From an uncultured Bacillota bacterium (GTDB taxonomy: Bacteria > Bacillota_I > Bacilli_A > RF39 > UBA660), in the NCBI GenBank assembly GCA_946630315.1, contig CAMOYT010000001.1:895-64894 (forward strand): a stretch of 64,000 nt of DNA. The letters are read 5' to 3'. The notes below the pieces were generated by a model. That model made no database searches, was not told where the DNA came from, and saw only the letters and a list, made by a program, of their open reading frames with translations. The translations under genes and the position numbers were made by a program. Below, piece by piece: positions 39,162 to 48,783 of this stretch. The number at the start of each line of letters is the position of its first letter. Positions within the stretch are counted from its first letter, which is position 1.

Positions 39162-40151
39162 ATGACTGTTGTATCAATGAATTATTTATTAGAAGCTGGT
39201 GTTCATTTTGGACATCAAAAGAGAAGATGGAATCCTAAGATGAAGGAATATATCTTCACTACAAGAGATGATATTTATATTATCGATTTACAAAAAACTG
39301 TTAAAAAATTAGAAGAAGCTTATGAAGCAATGAAAGAAGTAGCTGCTAATGGTGGAAAAGTTTTATTTGTAGGAACTAAAAAACAAGCTCAAGAAGCTGC
39401 TGAAGAATGTGCTACAAGAACAAATATGTTCTTTGTTAATGAAAGATGGTTAGGTGGAACTTTAACTAACTTCAAGACTATCCGTTCAAGAATTAGAAGA
39501 ATGGAAGAAATCGAAACTATGGAAAATGATGGTACTTTTGAAGCTTTACCTAAAAAAGAAGTTATTAAAATTAGAAAAGAATATGATAAGTTAAATAAAA
39601 ACTTAAGAGGAATTCGTGAAATGAAGAGAATGCCTCAAGCTATGGTTATTGTTGATCCTCGTAAAGAAGATATAGCAATTAAAGAAGCTAGAATTTTAGG
39701 TATTCCTGTATTTGGTATCGTAGATACTAACTGTGATCCTGATATGGTTGATTATGTTATTCCAGGAAATGATGATGCAGTTCGTTCTGTTAAATTATTA
39801 ATTGGAGTATTAACTAATGCTATTGCTGAAGTTAATGGTAATGAAGTAATTGATTATATTTCAGAAGATGATAAGAATAAAGCTGATAAAGCACAAGAAG
39901 AAGCACCTAAGAAAGAAAAAGAAGTAGTAAAGGAAGAAAAGAAAGAAACTAAGAAGGCACCTAAACAAGAAGAGAAAAAGGAAGAAGTTGTAGAAGCTAA
40001 AGAAGAAAAGAAAGAGACTAAAGAAGAAGCTAAAGGTGAAGATTTAGAAAGTTTAACATTAGCTGATTTAAAAGCTAAAGCAAAAGAAGCAGGTCTTAAA
40101 GGATATTCTACAATGAAAAAAGCTGAATTAGTTGAAGCTTTAAGTAAGTAA
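39162..40151 (+). CDS. rpsB: 30S ribosomal protein S2 with an ~85-aa C-terminal extension (K/E-rich linker plus Rho-N-like domain).
   Basis: S2 core ([19 protein letters not shown]...). The extension ends [32 protein letters not shown]. Confidence 0.85.
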   Translation: MTVVSMNYLLEAGVHFGHQKRRWNPKMKEYIFTTRDDIYIIDLQKTVKKLEEAYEAMKEVAANGGKVLFVGTKKQAQEAAEECATRTNMFFVNERWLGGTLTNFKTIRSRIRRMEEIETMENDGTFEALPKKEVIKIRKEYDKLNKNLRGIREMKRMPQAMVIVDPRKEDIAIKEARILGIPVFGIVDTNCDPDMVDYVIPGNDDAVRSVKLLIGVLTNAIAEVNGNEVIDYISEDDKNKADKAQEEAPKKEKEVVKEEKKETKKAPKQEEKKEEVVEAKEEKKETKEEAKGEDLESLTLADLKAKAKEAGLKGYSTMKKAELVEALSK

Positions 40152-40257
40152 TAAAATGGGGTGTTTTGATAACACTCCTTTTTTATTAAAATTATCTTTT
40201 AGAATAATAAAAAATAAGATATAATATTAAATGTAAATTAATAAAAGGAGGCACATT

Positions 40258-41148
40258 ATGTATAGTGTAAGTGATGTAAAAGAATTAAGAGAAAAAACTG
40301 GAGCTGGAATGATGGATTGTAAAAAAGCATTAGAAGCTACAGAAGGAAATATGGAAAAAGCAATTGATTGGTTAAGAGAAAAAGGTATTGCAAAGGCTGA
40401 AAAGAAAGAATCTAGAATTGCTGCTGAAGGATTATGCCAAATTAAAGTTGATGGAAATGATTGTGTAATCGTTGAAGTTAATAGTGAAACTGATTTTGTT
40501 GCTAAGAATGAAGAATTTACTACATTTGTTGATGAAATAGTAGATGCTTTACTTAAGAGTGATGCTAAAACTATTGAAGAAGCTCAAGAATTAAAAATAG
40601 GAAAAGAAACTATTCAAGAAAAATTAGTAGCTTTAGTTGCTAAGATTGGAGAAAAAATTAGTTTTAGACGTTTTGAAAAAATTACTAAAGCTGATGATGA
40701 GGTATTTGGTACTTATAAGCATATGGGAGGAAAAATTGGTACTGTTGTAGTATTAAAAGGTGCTAATGAAGAAATAGCTAAAGATGTTGCTATGCAAGCT
40801 GCTGCTATGGCTCCAATTGCTGTTAATAGAGATGGTGTTCCAGCTGAAATGGTTGAACATGAAACAAGTATTATTAAAGAACAAATTAAAAACGATGAAA
40901 AGAATGCTAAGAAACCAGAAGATATTATTGAAAAGATGGCAACTGGTAGACTTTCTAAATTCTTTAAAGAGATTTGTTTAGAAGAACAAGATTTCATTAA
41001 AGATTCTGGAGTAACTGTTAAGAATTATGTTAAAAATAATGGTGGAGAAATCGTTTCTATGGTAAGATTTGCTGTAGGAGAAGGTATTGAAAAGAGAGAA
41101 GAAAATTTCGCTGAAGAAGTAGCTGCTCAAATGAATGCTGCTAAATAA
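40258..41148 (+). CDS. tsf: Elongation factor Ts.
   Basis: VKELREKTGAGMMDCKKAL N-terminal UBA-like signature. 296 aa, after rpsB. Confidence 0.9.
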   Translation: MYSVSDVKELREKTGAGMMDCKKALEATEGNMEKAIDWLREKGIAKAEKKESRIAAEGLCQIKVDGNDCVIVEVNSETDFVAKNEEFTTFVDEIVDALLKSDAKTIEEAQELKIGKETIQEKLVALVAKIGEKISFRRFEKITKADDEVFGTYKHMGGKIGTVVVLKGANEEIAKDVAMQAAAMAPIAVNRDGVPAEMVEHETSIIKEQIKNDEKNAKKPEDIIEKMATGRLSKFFKEICLEEQDFIKDSGVTVKNYVKNNGGEIVSMVRFAVGEGIEKREENFAEEVAAQMNAAK

Positions 41149-41167
41149 TAGTTACTAGGAGATTTTT

Positions 41168-41707
41168 ATGAAAAAATTATTATGTTTACTTCTTTGTATA
41201 ATTCTTTTAGCAAGTGGATGTGAAGTAAAGAAAATGGATGATGTTACTTCTGCTGAAGACTTTGCTAGAGAATACTCAGTATCAACTAAAAATCCATTTG
41301 TTTATGCATCACTTAATGATGTTTATGATATATTAGAAGATGGTACAGGTATTATCTTCTTTGGTAATTCTGATTGTGATGTTTGTAATGTTGGTGCAAA
41401 GACTATTACAGATGTATTAATTAAGAATAAGATTAAAGAAGCTTATTATTATAATCCTAAAAATATTATGGATGAGAATGGTAAGAAATATAAAAAACTT
41501 ATTAAATTAATTAATGAAGATAGTGATGAAGAGATTAATTTTGATATACCTAGTGTCTTTATTGTTAAAGATGGTAAAGTAATTGGATATAATAGTGACT
41601 TGGGTACATTGAAAAATGAAGATATTGATTTAGCACTTGATAGTGATACAAAAAAAGATTTAAAGAATAAATATAATGAATTAATTGTTAATTTTAGAAA
41701 ACAGTAG
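41168..41707 (+). CDS. Lipoprotein, thioredoxin-like (CxxC).
   Basis: Lipobox LLASGC. FFGNSDCDVCN CxxC motif. Confidence 0.55.
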   Translation: MKKLLCLLLCIILLASGCEVKKMDDVTSAEDFAREYSVSTKNPFVYASLNDVYDILEDGTGIIFFGNSDCDVCNVGAKTITDVLIKNKIKEAYYYNPKNIMDENGKKYKKLIKLINEDSDEEINFDIPSVFIVKDGKVIGYNSDLGTLKNEDIDLALDSDTKKDLKNKYNELIVNFRKQ

Positions 41708-41763
41708 TGTAAAGTCTACTGTTTTTTTTATATTTGTTTGATATAATGGTAGTAGGTGATGAT

Positions 41764-42615
41764 ATGTATACAAAGTATAATTATGATGGGATTGATTATA
41801 GAGGAAAAGATACACAAATTAGAAATGATAGGGCTTTTGTAAATAATACTAAAGTTGTTAATGACTTTAAAGGTGTTGCGGCTAGTGCTAAGAGTATGAA
41901 GGATGTCAAAACTGAAACTGTTTCTCTAAATTTTACTAGAGATGCATGTAAAAATGATAGATTTGTTGGTGATTATCAAGGATATAATGGTGATGGTTTA
42001 GATATTATTATCAGTCGTGAATATAATAGGGGTGATTATGGTGTGGCAACTGATCAAACATATCATAGTAGAGATGAAGTAATTGCTGATTTAGAGAAGT
42101 TAAATAAAATATATAGTGATTATCCTGGTTTTACTTATTATAATCAAAATTTATATTTAGAAAATTATAAATATGATTCTATTCAAGTAGCAGGTTGTTG
42201 TCCAACTTCTTTTGCGATGGTTGCTACTTACTTAACGGGAGAGGATGTTTTACCTACTGATGTTATTGGAGCATTTCAACCTTATTGTTACGAAAGTGGT
42301 ACTGATGTAACTGGAAACTGTTTTCCTGATGTTGCTAGTCAATATGGGTTAACTCCCAAAATGTTAGATTGGCATAATCCTGATGTATTAAAGGCTGAAT
42401 TAGAAGCAAATCATCCAATTATTTTAAATGTATCTGCTGGAGACTTTACAAATAGTGGGCATTATATTGTTTTACTTGGAATGGATAAAGATGGAAATGT
42501 TATTGTAGCTGATCCTAATAGTGTTTCTAATAGTACTAGAACATACTCTTTAGATAGATTAATTAGTCAAACTCATGATATAGATGCTGCAGCATGGTCT
42601 TTTTCAAAGAACTAA
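41764..42615 (+). CDS. Papain-like cysteine peptidase, C39-like family. The track ORF begins at 41734.
   Basis: VAGCCPTSFAMV (Cys) and SGHYIVLLGMD (His) motifs in an arrangement reminiscent of the C39-like/BtrH family. Confidence 0.5.
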   Translation: MYTKYNYDGIDYRGKDTQIRNDRAFVNNTKVVNDFKGVAASAKSMKDVKTETVSLNFTRDACKNDRFVGDYQGYNGDGLDIIISREYNRGDYGVATDQTYHSRDEVIADLEKLNKIYSDYPGFTYYNQNLYLENYKYDSIQVAGCCPTSFAMVATYLTGEDVLPTDVIGAFQPYCYESGTDVTGNCFPDVASQYGLTPKMLDWHNPDVLKAELEANHPIILNVSAGDFTNSGHYIVLLGMDKDGNVIVADPNSVSNSTRTYSLDRLISQTHDIDAAAWSFSKN

Positions 42616-42678
42616 TATTAGTTCTTTTTTTATTTACTTTGAGACAAGTTTTGATATACTTATAATAGAGGTGAGTCT

Positions 42679-44727
42679 ATGAACGATGATATTAAAAAGA
42701 TAGATGAAGAAATCGAAAATTTAAAAAATCGCGGAAAACATGAACATGTGGAAGAAAAGGAAGAGAAAGAGACTGATACTAAGAAATTTGATATTGATAA
42801 CTATGAAGAAGAAGTAGTTGAAGATGAAGATACTAAAGAAATTGAAGAGGTCAAAGAGACAAGAGAAGAGAGATTAAATAAGGAAGAGGCAGAAGAAAAA
42901 GTAGAGGCAAAAGAAGAGAAGAAAGAAGAAGAAAAACCAAAGAAAAAGAAAAAAATATGGCCTTTTATTCTTATTGGTATTATTCTTTTAATTATTATTA
43001 TAATTGTAGTTGCTTTATTATTACTTAATAAAGGTAAGGAAGAAGTAGAAGTTGATACTAAGGATACTTTAAGTAGTAAAGAACAAAAAGAAGTTATTAA
43101 TGGTTATGGAGAAGCAATAGAGAAAGTTATATCAGTTTATTATAATGATCAAAATGTTTTATTAAAATTTGATGATGCTGCTAAACTTGTTAATTATGAT
43201 TATAAAGTTAAATGTAGTACTCATGAAGTTTATGAAGATGGTAAAGTTTATCTTAATAAATGTAAGATAGATGGTGTTAGTACTAAGTATTCTTATGGAG
43301 AAGAACAAAAAGAAATAGAATTTAATGAAGCTACTAGTTTTAAAGTTTATTATGATAAGACTAATAAGAAAGCTAGTTTAGAAAAGATTACTGGTGCTAA
43401 AGAATATATTGTTAATACTGGTGGTAAGTTTAGTGAAGTTAATCTATTATCTAAAAAGGATAATCTACAATATGTAGAATGGATGGATGAAGAGTATAAA
43501 ACTCATGTTGCTGACTATACTACTGGAAAAGAAGTTTTAGCAAATATTACTTATTCATCTTGTCAGCCTATTCATAATAATAGTGGATATACCTCTTATG
43601 CAGTTGTTACTATTGGTGATAAATGTGCAATTTATAATTATGTAACTGGTGATAAGATAACTAGTACAGTTTATGATTACGCTAGAAGTTTCTTTGGACT
43701 TGGTGTATCAGGACCAGCTGAAGATATTCCTGCTTTAGAAGATACTAATAATGTTGTATTACAAAAAGGTAATAGTCAAGAAGTCGTTGATTTTACAAGT
43801 GGACAAGTTATTCTTTCAGGATATAATTATCTAGCTACTAGTGGTAATTATTTAGTTGTAGGTGAAGAGTATAATTCATTTAAAGAAATATATGATTTTG
43901 ATGGTAATAGGTATTTCCAAAATAAGTATGAAAAAATATATGACTTAATAGATGGCAAATATATGTTAATTAATCAAGATGATCATATTTTACTTGTTAA
44001 TACTAATGGTACCATATTAAATGATTTTGGCTCTAATGAGAAGTTTGGTTCATATAATTTTGGATTAAAATATAATGATGGAGTATTATTCCAAATTGGA
44101 TATGAAGATAATGAAAATGATTGTATTGAATTAATTTATTCTAAGAGTAGTGGTAGTGAAAAGAAGACTACTATGTGTGGTGGTATTGCTAAACCTATAT
44201 TGTATTTATATCCTAAGAAGACTACTAATGTTACTGTTAGTTTTGAACATCCAGAATATTTAGAAACTACTTATCCTAAATTTACTAATAAGTGGAGTGT
44301 TAAAGCTCATAGTAATGGTGACTTATATGATAAAGATAATAAGTATTATTATGGATTATATTGGGATGAGAAGAAAGTACATAGTGTTGACTTTAGTGAA
44401 GGTTTCTATGTGGAAGCAGATGATGCAATTGAATTTTTAGAAGAGAAACTTACATATATTGGTTTAAATGATAAGGAAAGAAATGAATTTATTACTTATT
44501 GGTTACCAGTTATGGAGAAAAATAAGAAGAATTTAGTATATTTTGAACTTACTGATGAGAGAGAAAGTTATAATAAGATTAATATTAGTCCTAAACCAGA
44601 TACTTTACTTAGATTAGTAATTCATATTAAGAAAGTTAATAAGAAAGTGGATATTCCAAAAGAGTCTCTTACTCATACAGCAAGACGTGGATTTGTTGCG
44701 GTTGAGTGGGGAGGAACTACTTATTAA
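42679..44727 (+). CDS. Large membrane-anchored protein: K/E-rich cytoplasmic N-terminus, one TM helix, ~560-aa extracytoplasmic domain.
   Basis: TM at WPFILIGIILLIIIIIVVALLLL. No motif recognised. Confidence 0.5.
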   Translation: MNDDIKKIDEEIENLKNRGKHEHVEEKEEKETDTKKFDIDNYEEEVVEDEDTKEIEEVKETREERLNKEEAEEKVEAKEEKKEEEKPKKKKKIWPFILIGIILLIIIIIVVALLLLNKGKEEVEVDTKDTLSSKEQKEVINGYGEAIEKVISVYYNDQNVLLKFDDAAKLVNYDYKVKCSTHEVYEDGKVYLNKCKIDGVSTKYSYGEEQKEIEFNEATSFKVYYDKTNKKASLEKITGAKEYIVNTGGKFSEVNLLSKKDNLQYVEWMDEEYKTHVADYTTGKEVLANITYSSCQPIHNNSGYTSYAVVTIGDKCAIYNYVTGDKITSTVYDYARSFFGLGVSGPAEDIPALEDTNNVVLQKGNSQEVVDFTSGQVILSGYNYLATSGNYLVVGEEYNSFKEIYDFDGNRYFQNKYEKIYDLIDGKYMLINQDDHILLVNTNGTILNDFGSNEKFGSYNFGLKYNDGVLFQIGYEDNENDCIELIYSKSSGSEKKTTMCGGIAKPILYLYPKKTTNVTVSFEHPEYLETTYPKFTNKWSVKAHSNGDLYDKDNKYYYGLYWDEKKVHSVDFSEGFYVEADDAIEFLEEKLTYIGLNDKERNEFITYWLPVMEKNKKNLVYFELTDERESYNKINISPKPDTLLRLVIHIKKVNKKVDIPKESLTHTARRGFVAVEWGGTTY

Positions 44728-44813
44728 TAATATAGACACAGTTTTAGCTGTGTCTATTGCTTTTTTTAGCTTTATATGTTATAATACTGGCGAATTGTGG
44801 TTGGGGTGGTATT

Positions 44814-45458
44814 ATGAAAAAAGACGTTGATAAATTAGAAAAACAAATAGAAGCTTTAACAAATATTGTTAAGAAAGATGACCGAGAAGTTGAAGAAATG
44901 AAAAAGAAAGAATTAGTAGAGAAAGTAAGAAGAGCTACTACAGAAGAAAAAGTTGATACTTCAAAGAAAACAACTACTAGTAAGAAAAAGAATAGTGTTC
45001 CTAAAACTAAGAGTAATAAAAGAACATCTAAAAAGAATACTACTAAGAAGACTAATACTAAGAAATTAAATAAAGAAGTTAATGAAATACTTAATGATTT
45101 AGAAGAAACTAAGAAATTAAATGCTATTAGTGAGACTGATACTAGTTTTGTTACTAAAACTGTTAATGATTTAGAAGAAGAAATACGTAATTTATATGAT
45201 GATAATACTTTAGTAATGAAACCTGTGGAAGATGTTAAAGAAAAGAAGAGTATCTTTAAGAAAAAAGAAAAAAATAATATTGAAAAGAAGGAAAAGTTTA
45301 CTAAGATTAGTCCTGTTACTTCAGGAAGTGCAGTAATTGATAAGATAGAAGCTGTAGATGATAAGTTATTTAGTACTTTAACTAAGGTTTTATTTATTAT
45401 TTTTATGCTTATGTTTATTTTTGTATGTGCTATGGTTTTTTATATTACAATTGCTTAA
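44814..45458 (+). CDS. Coiled-coil protein with a C-terminal TM anchor (tail-anchored). The track ORF begins at 44757.
   Basis: Charged helical region then C-terminal hydrophobic segment FIIFMLMFIFVCAMVFYITIA. RBS GGGGTGG. Confidence 0.45.
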   Translation: MKKDVDKLEKQIEALTNIVKKDDREVEEMKKKELVEKVRRATTEEKVDTSKKTTTSKKKNSVPKTKSNKRTSKKNTTKKTNTKKLNKEVNEILNDLEETKKLNAISETDTSFVTKTVNDLEEEIRNLYDDNTLVMKPVEDVKEKKSIFKKKEKNNIEKKEKFTKISPVTSGSAVIDKIEAVDDKLFSTLTKVLFIIFMLMFIFVCAMVFYITIA

Positions 45459-45506
45459 TTTTTATCTTTGTATTATAATTTAATTATTAAGGAGAGATAA
45501 AAATAT

Positions 45507-46055
45507 ATGGATACTGAGACGTTAATTTTAGAAATTGATGAATTATTAGATAAGGCATTAGAAGCTTTAGAAAAAAGATTTGCTACTGTAAGAGCAGGAA
45601 GAGCTAATCCTTCTAGTTTAGATGGAGTTAGTGTTGATTATTATGGGTCTATGACTCCATTAAAGCAACTTGCTACTATTTCTGTTCCGGAAGCTAGACA
45701 ATTACTTATTAAACCATTTGATAAGAGTAGTTTAGCTGGTATTGAAAAAGCAATACTTGCTTCTAATTTAGGATATAATCCAAGTAATGATGGTGAGACA
45801 ATACGTATTATTATTCCTGAACTTACTGAAGAGAGAAGAAAAGAACTTGCTAAACAAGTTAAGGCTTTAGCAGAAGAAGCTAAAGTATCTGTTCGTAATA
45901 TTAGAAGAGAAGCTATTGATGATCTTGAAAAGATGGAATTACCTGAAGATGAAGAAAAAGGTATGGAAAAAGAAATTCAAGATATGGTAAATGAATATAA
46001 TAAAAAAATCGAAGCTAAATTAAAAGAAAAAGAGACTGAATTACTTACTGTATAG
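45507..46055 (+). CDS. frr: Ribosome recycling factor.
   Basis: RFATVRAGRANPSSLDGVSVDYYGSMTPLKQLA...182 aa. Confidence 0.9.
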   Translation: MDTETLILEIDELLDKALEALEKRFATVRAGRANPSSLDGVSVDYYGSMTPLKQLATISVPEARQLLIKPFDKSSLAGIEKAILASNLGYNPSNDGETIRIIIPELTEERRKELAKQVKALAEEAKVSVRNIRREAIDDLEKMELPEDEEKGMEKEIQDMVNEYNKKIEAKLKEKETELLTV

Positions 46056-46093
46056 TAAGTAATTTTTTTGTTATAATAATTGTAGGTGATAGT

Positions 46094-46669
46094 ATGGATA
46101 GAGAAGAGTTAGACTTGGCTGTTGAAGGTAGTTGTAGAGAATATTACAATTATTTAATTAATAATGATGAATTTAAGAGAGTTATTAGTAAAGTAGATAG
46201 TGATGAAAAATTAAATGATGATGAATGGTTATATATATTAGAAAGATTATCTATTGTTAGTTATAAGAGTTTACAAGAAGAAGAAAAAGTAGAGTTTGCT
46301 GATAAGTTCTATTCTTTAGTATGTCGTATTGGGATGAGAGTGTTTAAAAATAATTCTCATATGTATAATGAGTGCTTGAAGATGTTTAAGTTAATTGAGT
46401 TTATGAAAAATAGAGTAGAGATTGATAAGGACTTATATTTAGGATATGACATAGTAGATGATAATAGAGATGAGAATAGTTTAGCTATTTTAATAAAACA
46501 ACATATGGAAGCTAATATTTTTAGGAATAATAGTGAATATTATAGTGATTGCTTTGAAGAATCTTTAGCTGGATCTATTAGTTCTAAAGATAGAGTTAGT
46601 ATGAATGCTACTACATATAGTTATCAAAGAGAAAAAGAGCTTGTAAAAAAATATAAAGATGTGATATAG
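46094..46669 (+). CDS. Hypothetical protein.
   Basis: 191 aa, no motif recognised. Confidence 0.45.
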   Translation: MDREELDLAVEGSCREYYNYLINNDEFKRVISKVDSDEKLNDDEWLYILERLSIVSYKSLQEEEKVEFADKFYSLVCRIGMRVFKNNSHMYNECLKMFKLIEFMKNRVEIDKDLYLGYDIVDDNRDENSLAILIKQHMEANIFRNNSEYYSDCFEESLAGSISSKDRVSMNATTYSYQREKELVKKYKDVI

Positions 46670-46726
46670 TATGACTACGGATATTTAGATAACTAGGAAT
46701 AGTTATCTTTTTTGGGGGATAGGTTA

Positions 46727-47350
46727 ATGAAAAGATTTGTTTTTGATTTAGATGGAACTTTACTTACAGGAAGTTTTGATTTTGAACATGAGTATTTTAA
46801 AACAGTTTATAAAGATGAAGCAGGTAGATTATTTGATAAGATGGGAGAATATTTAGATGAGTATGAAAGAACTTATCCTAGATATAGTAATGATACTTTA
46901 GCTTATTTTTTAACTACTAAGAGTGGACTTGTTTTTAATGATAAAATAATTAATGGTTGGTGTGATGCGATGAGTGTTGTGCCTGATAAAATAGAAGATA
47001 ATATTTTTGAATTATTAGAACATTTAAAGAGTAAAGATTGTAGTTTAGCTGTTTTAACAAATTGGTATGGTAAGACACAAATACCTAGATTAGAGAAGGC
47101 TGGCATGCTTGATTATTTTGATGAAGTGTATACAGGTGATATGGTGTTAAAGCCTCATAAGAAGTCATATTTAATGGCAATGGATAGGTTTGCTAAAGAG
47201 GAATGTGTTTTTATTGGGGATAATGTTGATAAAGACTATATTGGTCCTAGAGCATGTGGTATGGAGTCTGTTTTATATGATAAGAATAATGATCATCATG
47301 AATCATTAGTAAAAGTTAAGAATATGAGAGAATTAATAAAAAAATATTAA
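46727..47350 (+). CDS. HAD-superfamily hydrolase. The track ORF begins at 46712.
   Basis: FVFDLDGTLL (motif I), LTNW (motif II), GDNVDKD (motif IV). Confidence 0.7.
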   Translation: MKRFVFDLDGTLLTGSFDFEHEYFKTVYKDEAGRLFDKMGEYLDEYERTYPRYSNDTLAYFLTTKSGLVFNDKIINGWCDAMSVVPDKIEDNIFELLEHLKSKDCSLAVLTNWYGKTQIPRLEKAGMLDYFDEVYTGDMVLKPHKKSYLMAMDRFAKEECVFIGDNVDKDYIGPRACGMESVLYDKNNDHHESLVKVKNMRELIKKY

Positions 47351-47389
47351 TATTTGACAAAGAATAAAAAAAGTACTAAAATAAAATGG

Positions 47390-47605
47390 AAATTTGATGA
47401 AGAAGTTATCTAAGTAGTTAATTTGAAACTCTTTACAGGAAATTATGGTCAGCGACTGAGAGCCATAGAAGAAAGGCAAATTAATGAATTTCAATAATGG
47501 AGTCAAATCGTGTTAGAGCGTTAATCTATTGAGGTAGTAGAAATACTATGAATAAAGGTGGTACCACGAGATTTCGTCCTTTGGATGAGGTCTCGTTTTT
47601 TATTT
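47390..47605 (+). promoter_or_regulatory. Phe-specific T-box riboswitch leader. Promoter TTGACA-17-TAAAAT at 47354-47382.
   Basis: T-box AAAGGTGGTACCACGAG at ~47551. Candidate UUC(A) specifier at ~47488. Terminator cgagat...ggtctcg plus T6 at ~47565-47600. Confidence 0.75.
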
Positions 47606-47609
47606 ATAT

Positions 47610-47685
<76 letters not shown>

Positions 47686-47733
47686 AATTGAATATAAGCT
47701 ATAAGCTTTACAATAAAAGAAAGGAAGAAAATT

Positions 47734-48771
47734 ATGAAAGAGAAACTTACTGAGATTAAGAAAGATGGATTAGAAAAAATTGAAAAGTCTCAAAGTATGG
47801 ATGAATTACAAGAAGTTCGTAAAGAATTGATGGGTAAAAAGAGTGGTTTATCTGAAATATTAAAATCTATGAGTAGTTTATCAGTTGATGAGAAAAAAGA
47901 AATTGGTATGAAGACTACTGAGATTAGAGAAGAATTTACTAAAAAAATTGAAGAAAAAGAAGCTGAAATAATATCTAATAAGAGTGTTTTAAGTGAACCT
48001 ATAGATATTAGTTTACCTGGAAAGAAGGTAAGTGGAGGAGCATTACATCCTATTACACAAATGTGTTATGACTTAAATGAAGCATTCTTATCACTTGGAT
48101 TTGAAGTATATAGTGAAGATGATATTAGTTCTGAAAAGTATGCTTTTGATAATTTGAACTTTGCTAAAGATCATCCGGCTAGACAATCTATGGATACTTT
48201 CTGGTTAGAAGGTACTGAAGATAAGGAAGGTACTGAGAGATTATGTTTGAGACCTCATCTAACTGGTGGATCTGTTAGAAAGTTATTAAAAGATGGAGCT
48301 CCTGCTCGATTTGTATATCCAGGTAGAGTTTATCGTAATGAAACTACTGATGCTAGACATGAGAGAGCTTTCTTCCAATATGAAGCTTTAATAGTTGATA
48401 AAGATATATCTTTCTCTTCTGGAATGGTTATGATTAAGACTATTCTTGAAAAAGTATTTGGAAGAGAAATTAATGTTCGTATGAGAGAAGGATTCTTCCC
48501 ATTTACTGAACCTGGATATGAAATTGATATGGAATGTTTAGTATGTGGTGGAAAAGGTTGCAAAGTATGTAATCATAATGGTTGGATAGAAGTTATGCCT
48601 GGTGGTGTAATTCATCCAAATGTATTAAAAGCAGCTAATTTGGATCCTAATGTTTGGACAGGATTCTATATTAATATAGGATTGGATAGATTAGTAATGA
48701 TGCGTTATGGAGTAGATGATGTTAGATTATTCCATAGTGGAGATTTACGATTCTTGAAACAATTTAAGTAG
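47734..48771 (+). CDS. pheS: Phenylalanyl-tRNA synthetase alpha subunit.
   Basis: Class II motifs (FPFTEPG...). 345 aa. Confidence 0.9.
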   Translation: MKEKLTEIKKDGLEKIEKSQSMDELQEVRKELMGKKSGLSEILKSMSSLSVDEKKEIGMKTTEIREEFTKKIEEKEAEIISNKSVLSEPIDISLPGKKVSGGALHPITQMCYDLNEAFLSLGFEVYSEDDISSEKYAFDNLNFAKDHPARQSMDTFWLEGTEDKEGTERLCLRPHLTGGSVRKLLKDGAPARFVYPGRVYRNETTDARHERAFFQYEALIVDKDISFSSGMVMIKTILEKVFGREINVRMREGFFPFTEPGYEIDMECLVCGGKGCKVCNHNGWIEVMPGGVIHPNVLKAANLDPNVWTGFYINIGLDRLVMMRYGVDDVRLFHSGDLRFLKQFK

Positions 48772-48783
48772 GAGGGAGAAAAT

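Noticed and set aside
38880-40020. K/E-rich low-complexity stretches in rplT, rpsB and other genes, flagged as possible repeats.
   Set aside because: At the DNA level they are degenerate GAA/AAA-rich runs, not exact tandem repeats. They are interpreted as flexible linkers of the C-terminal extensions.
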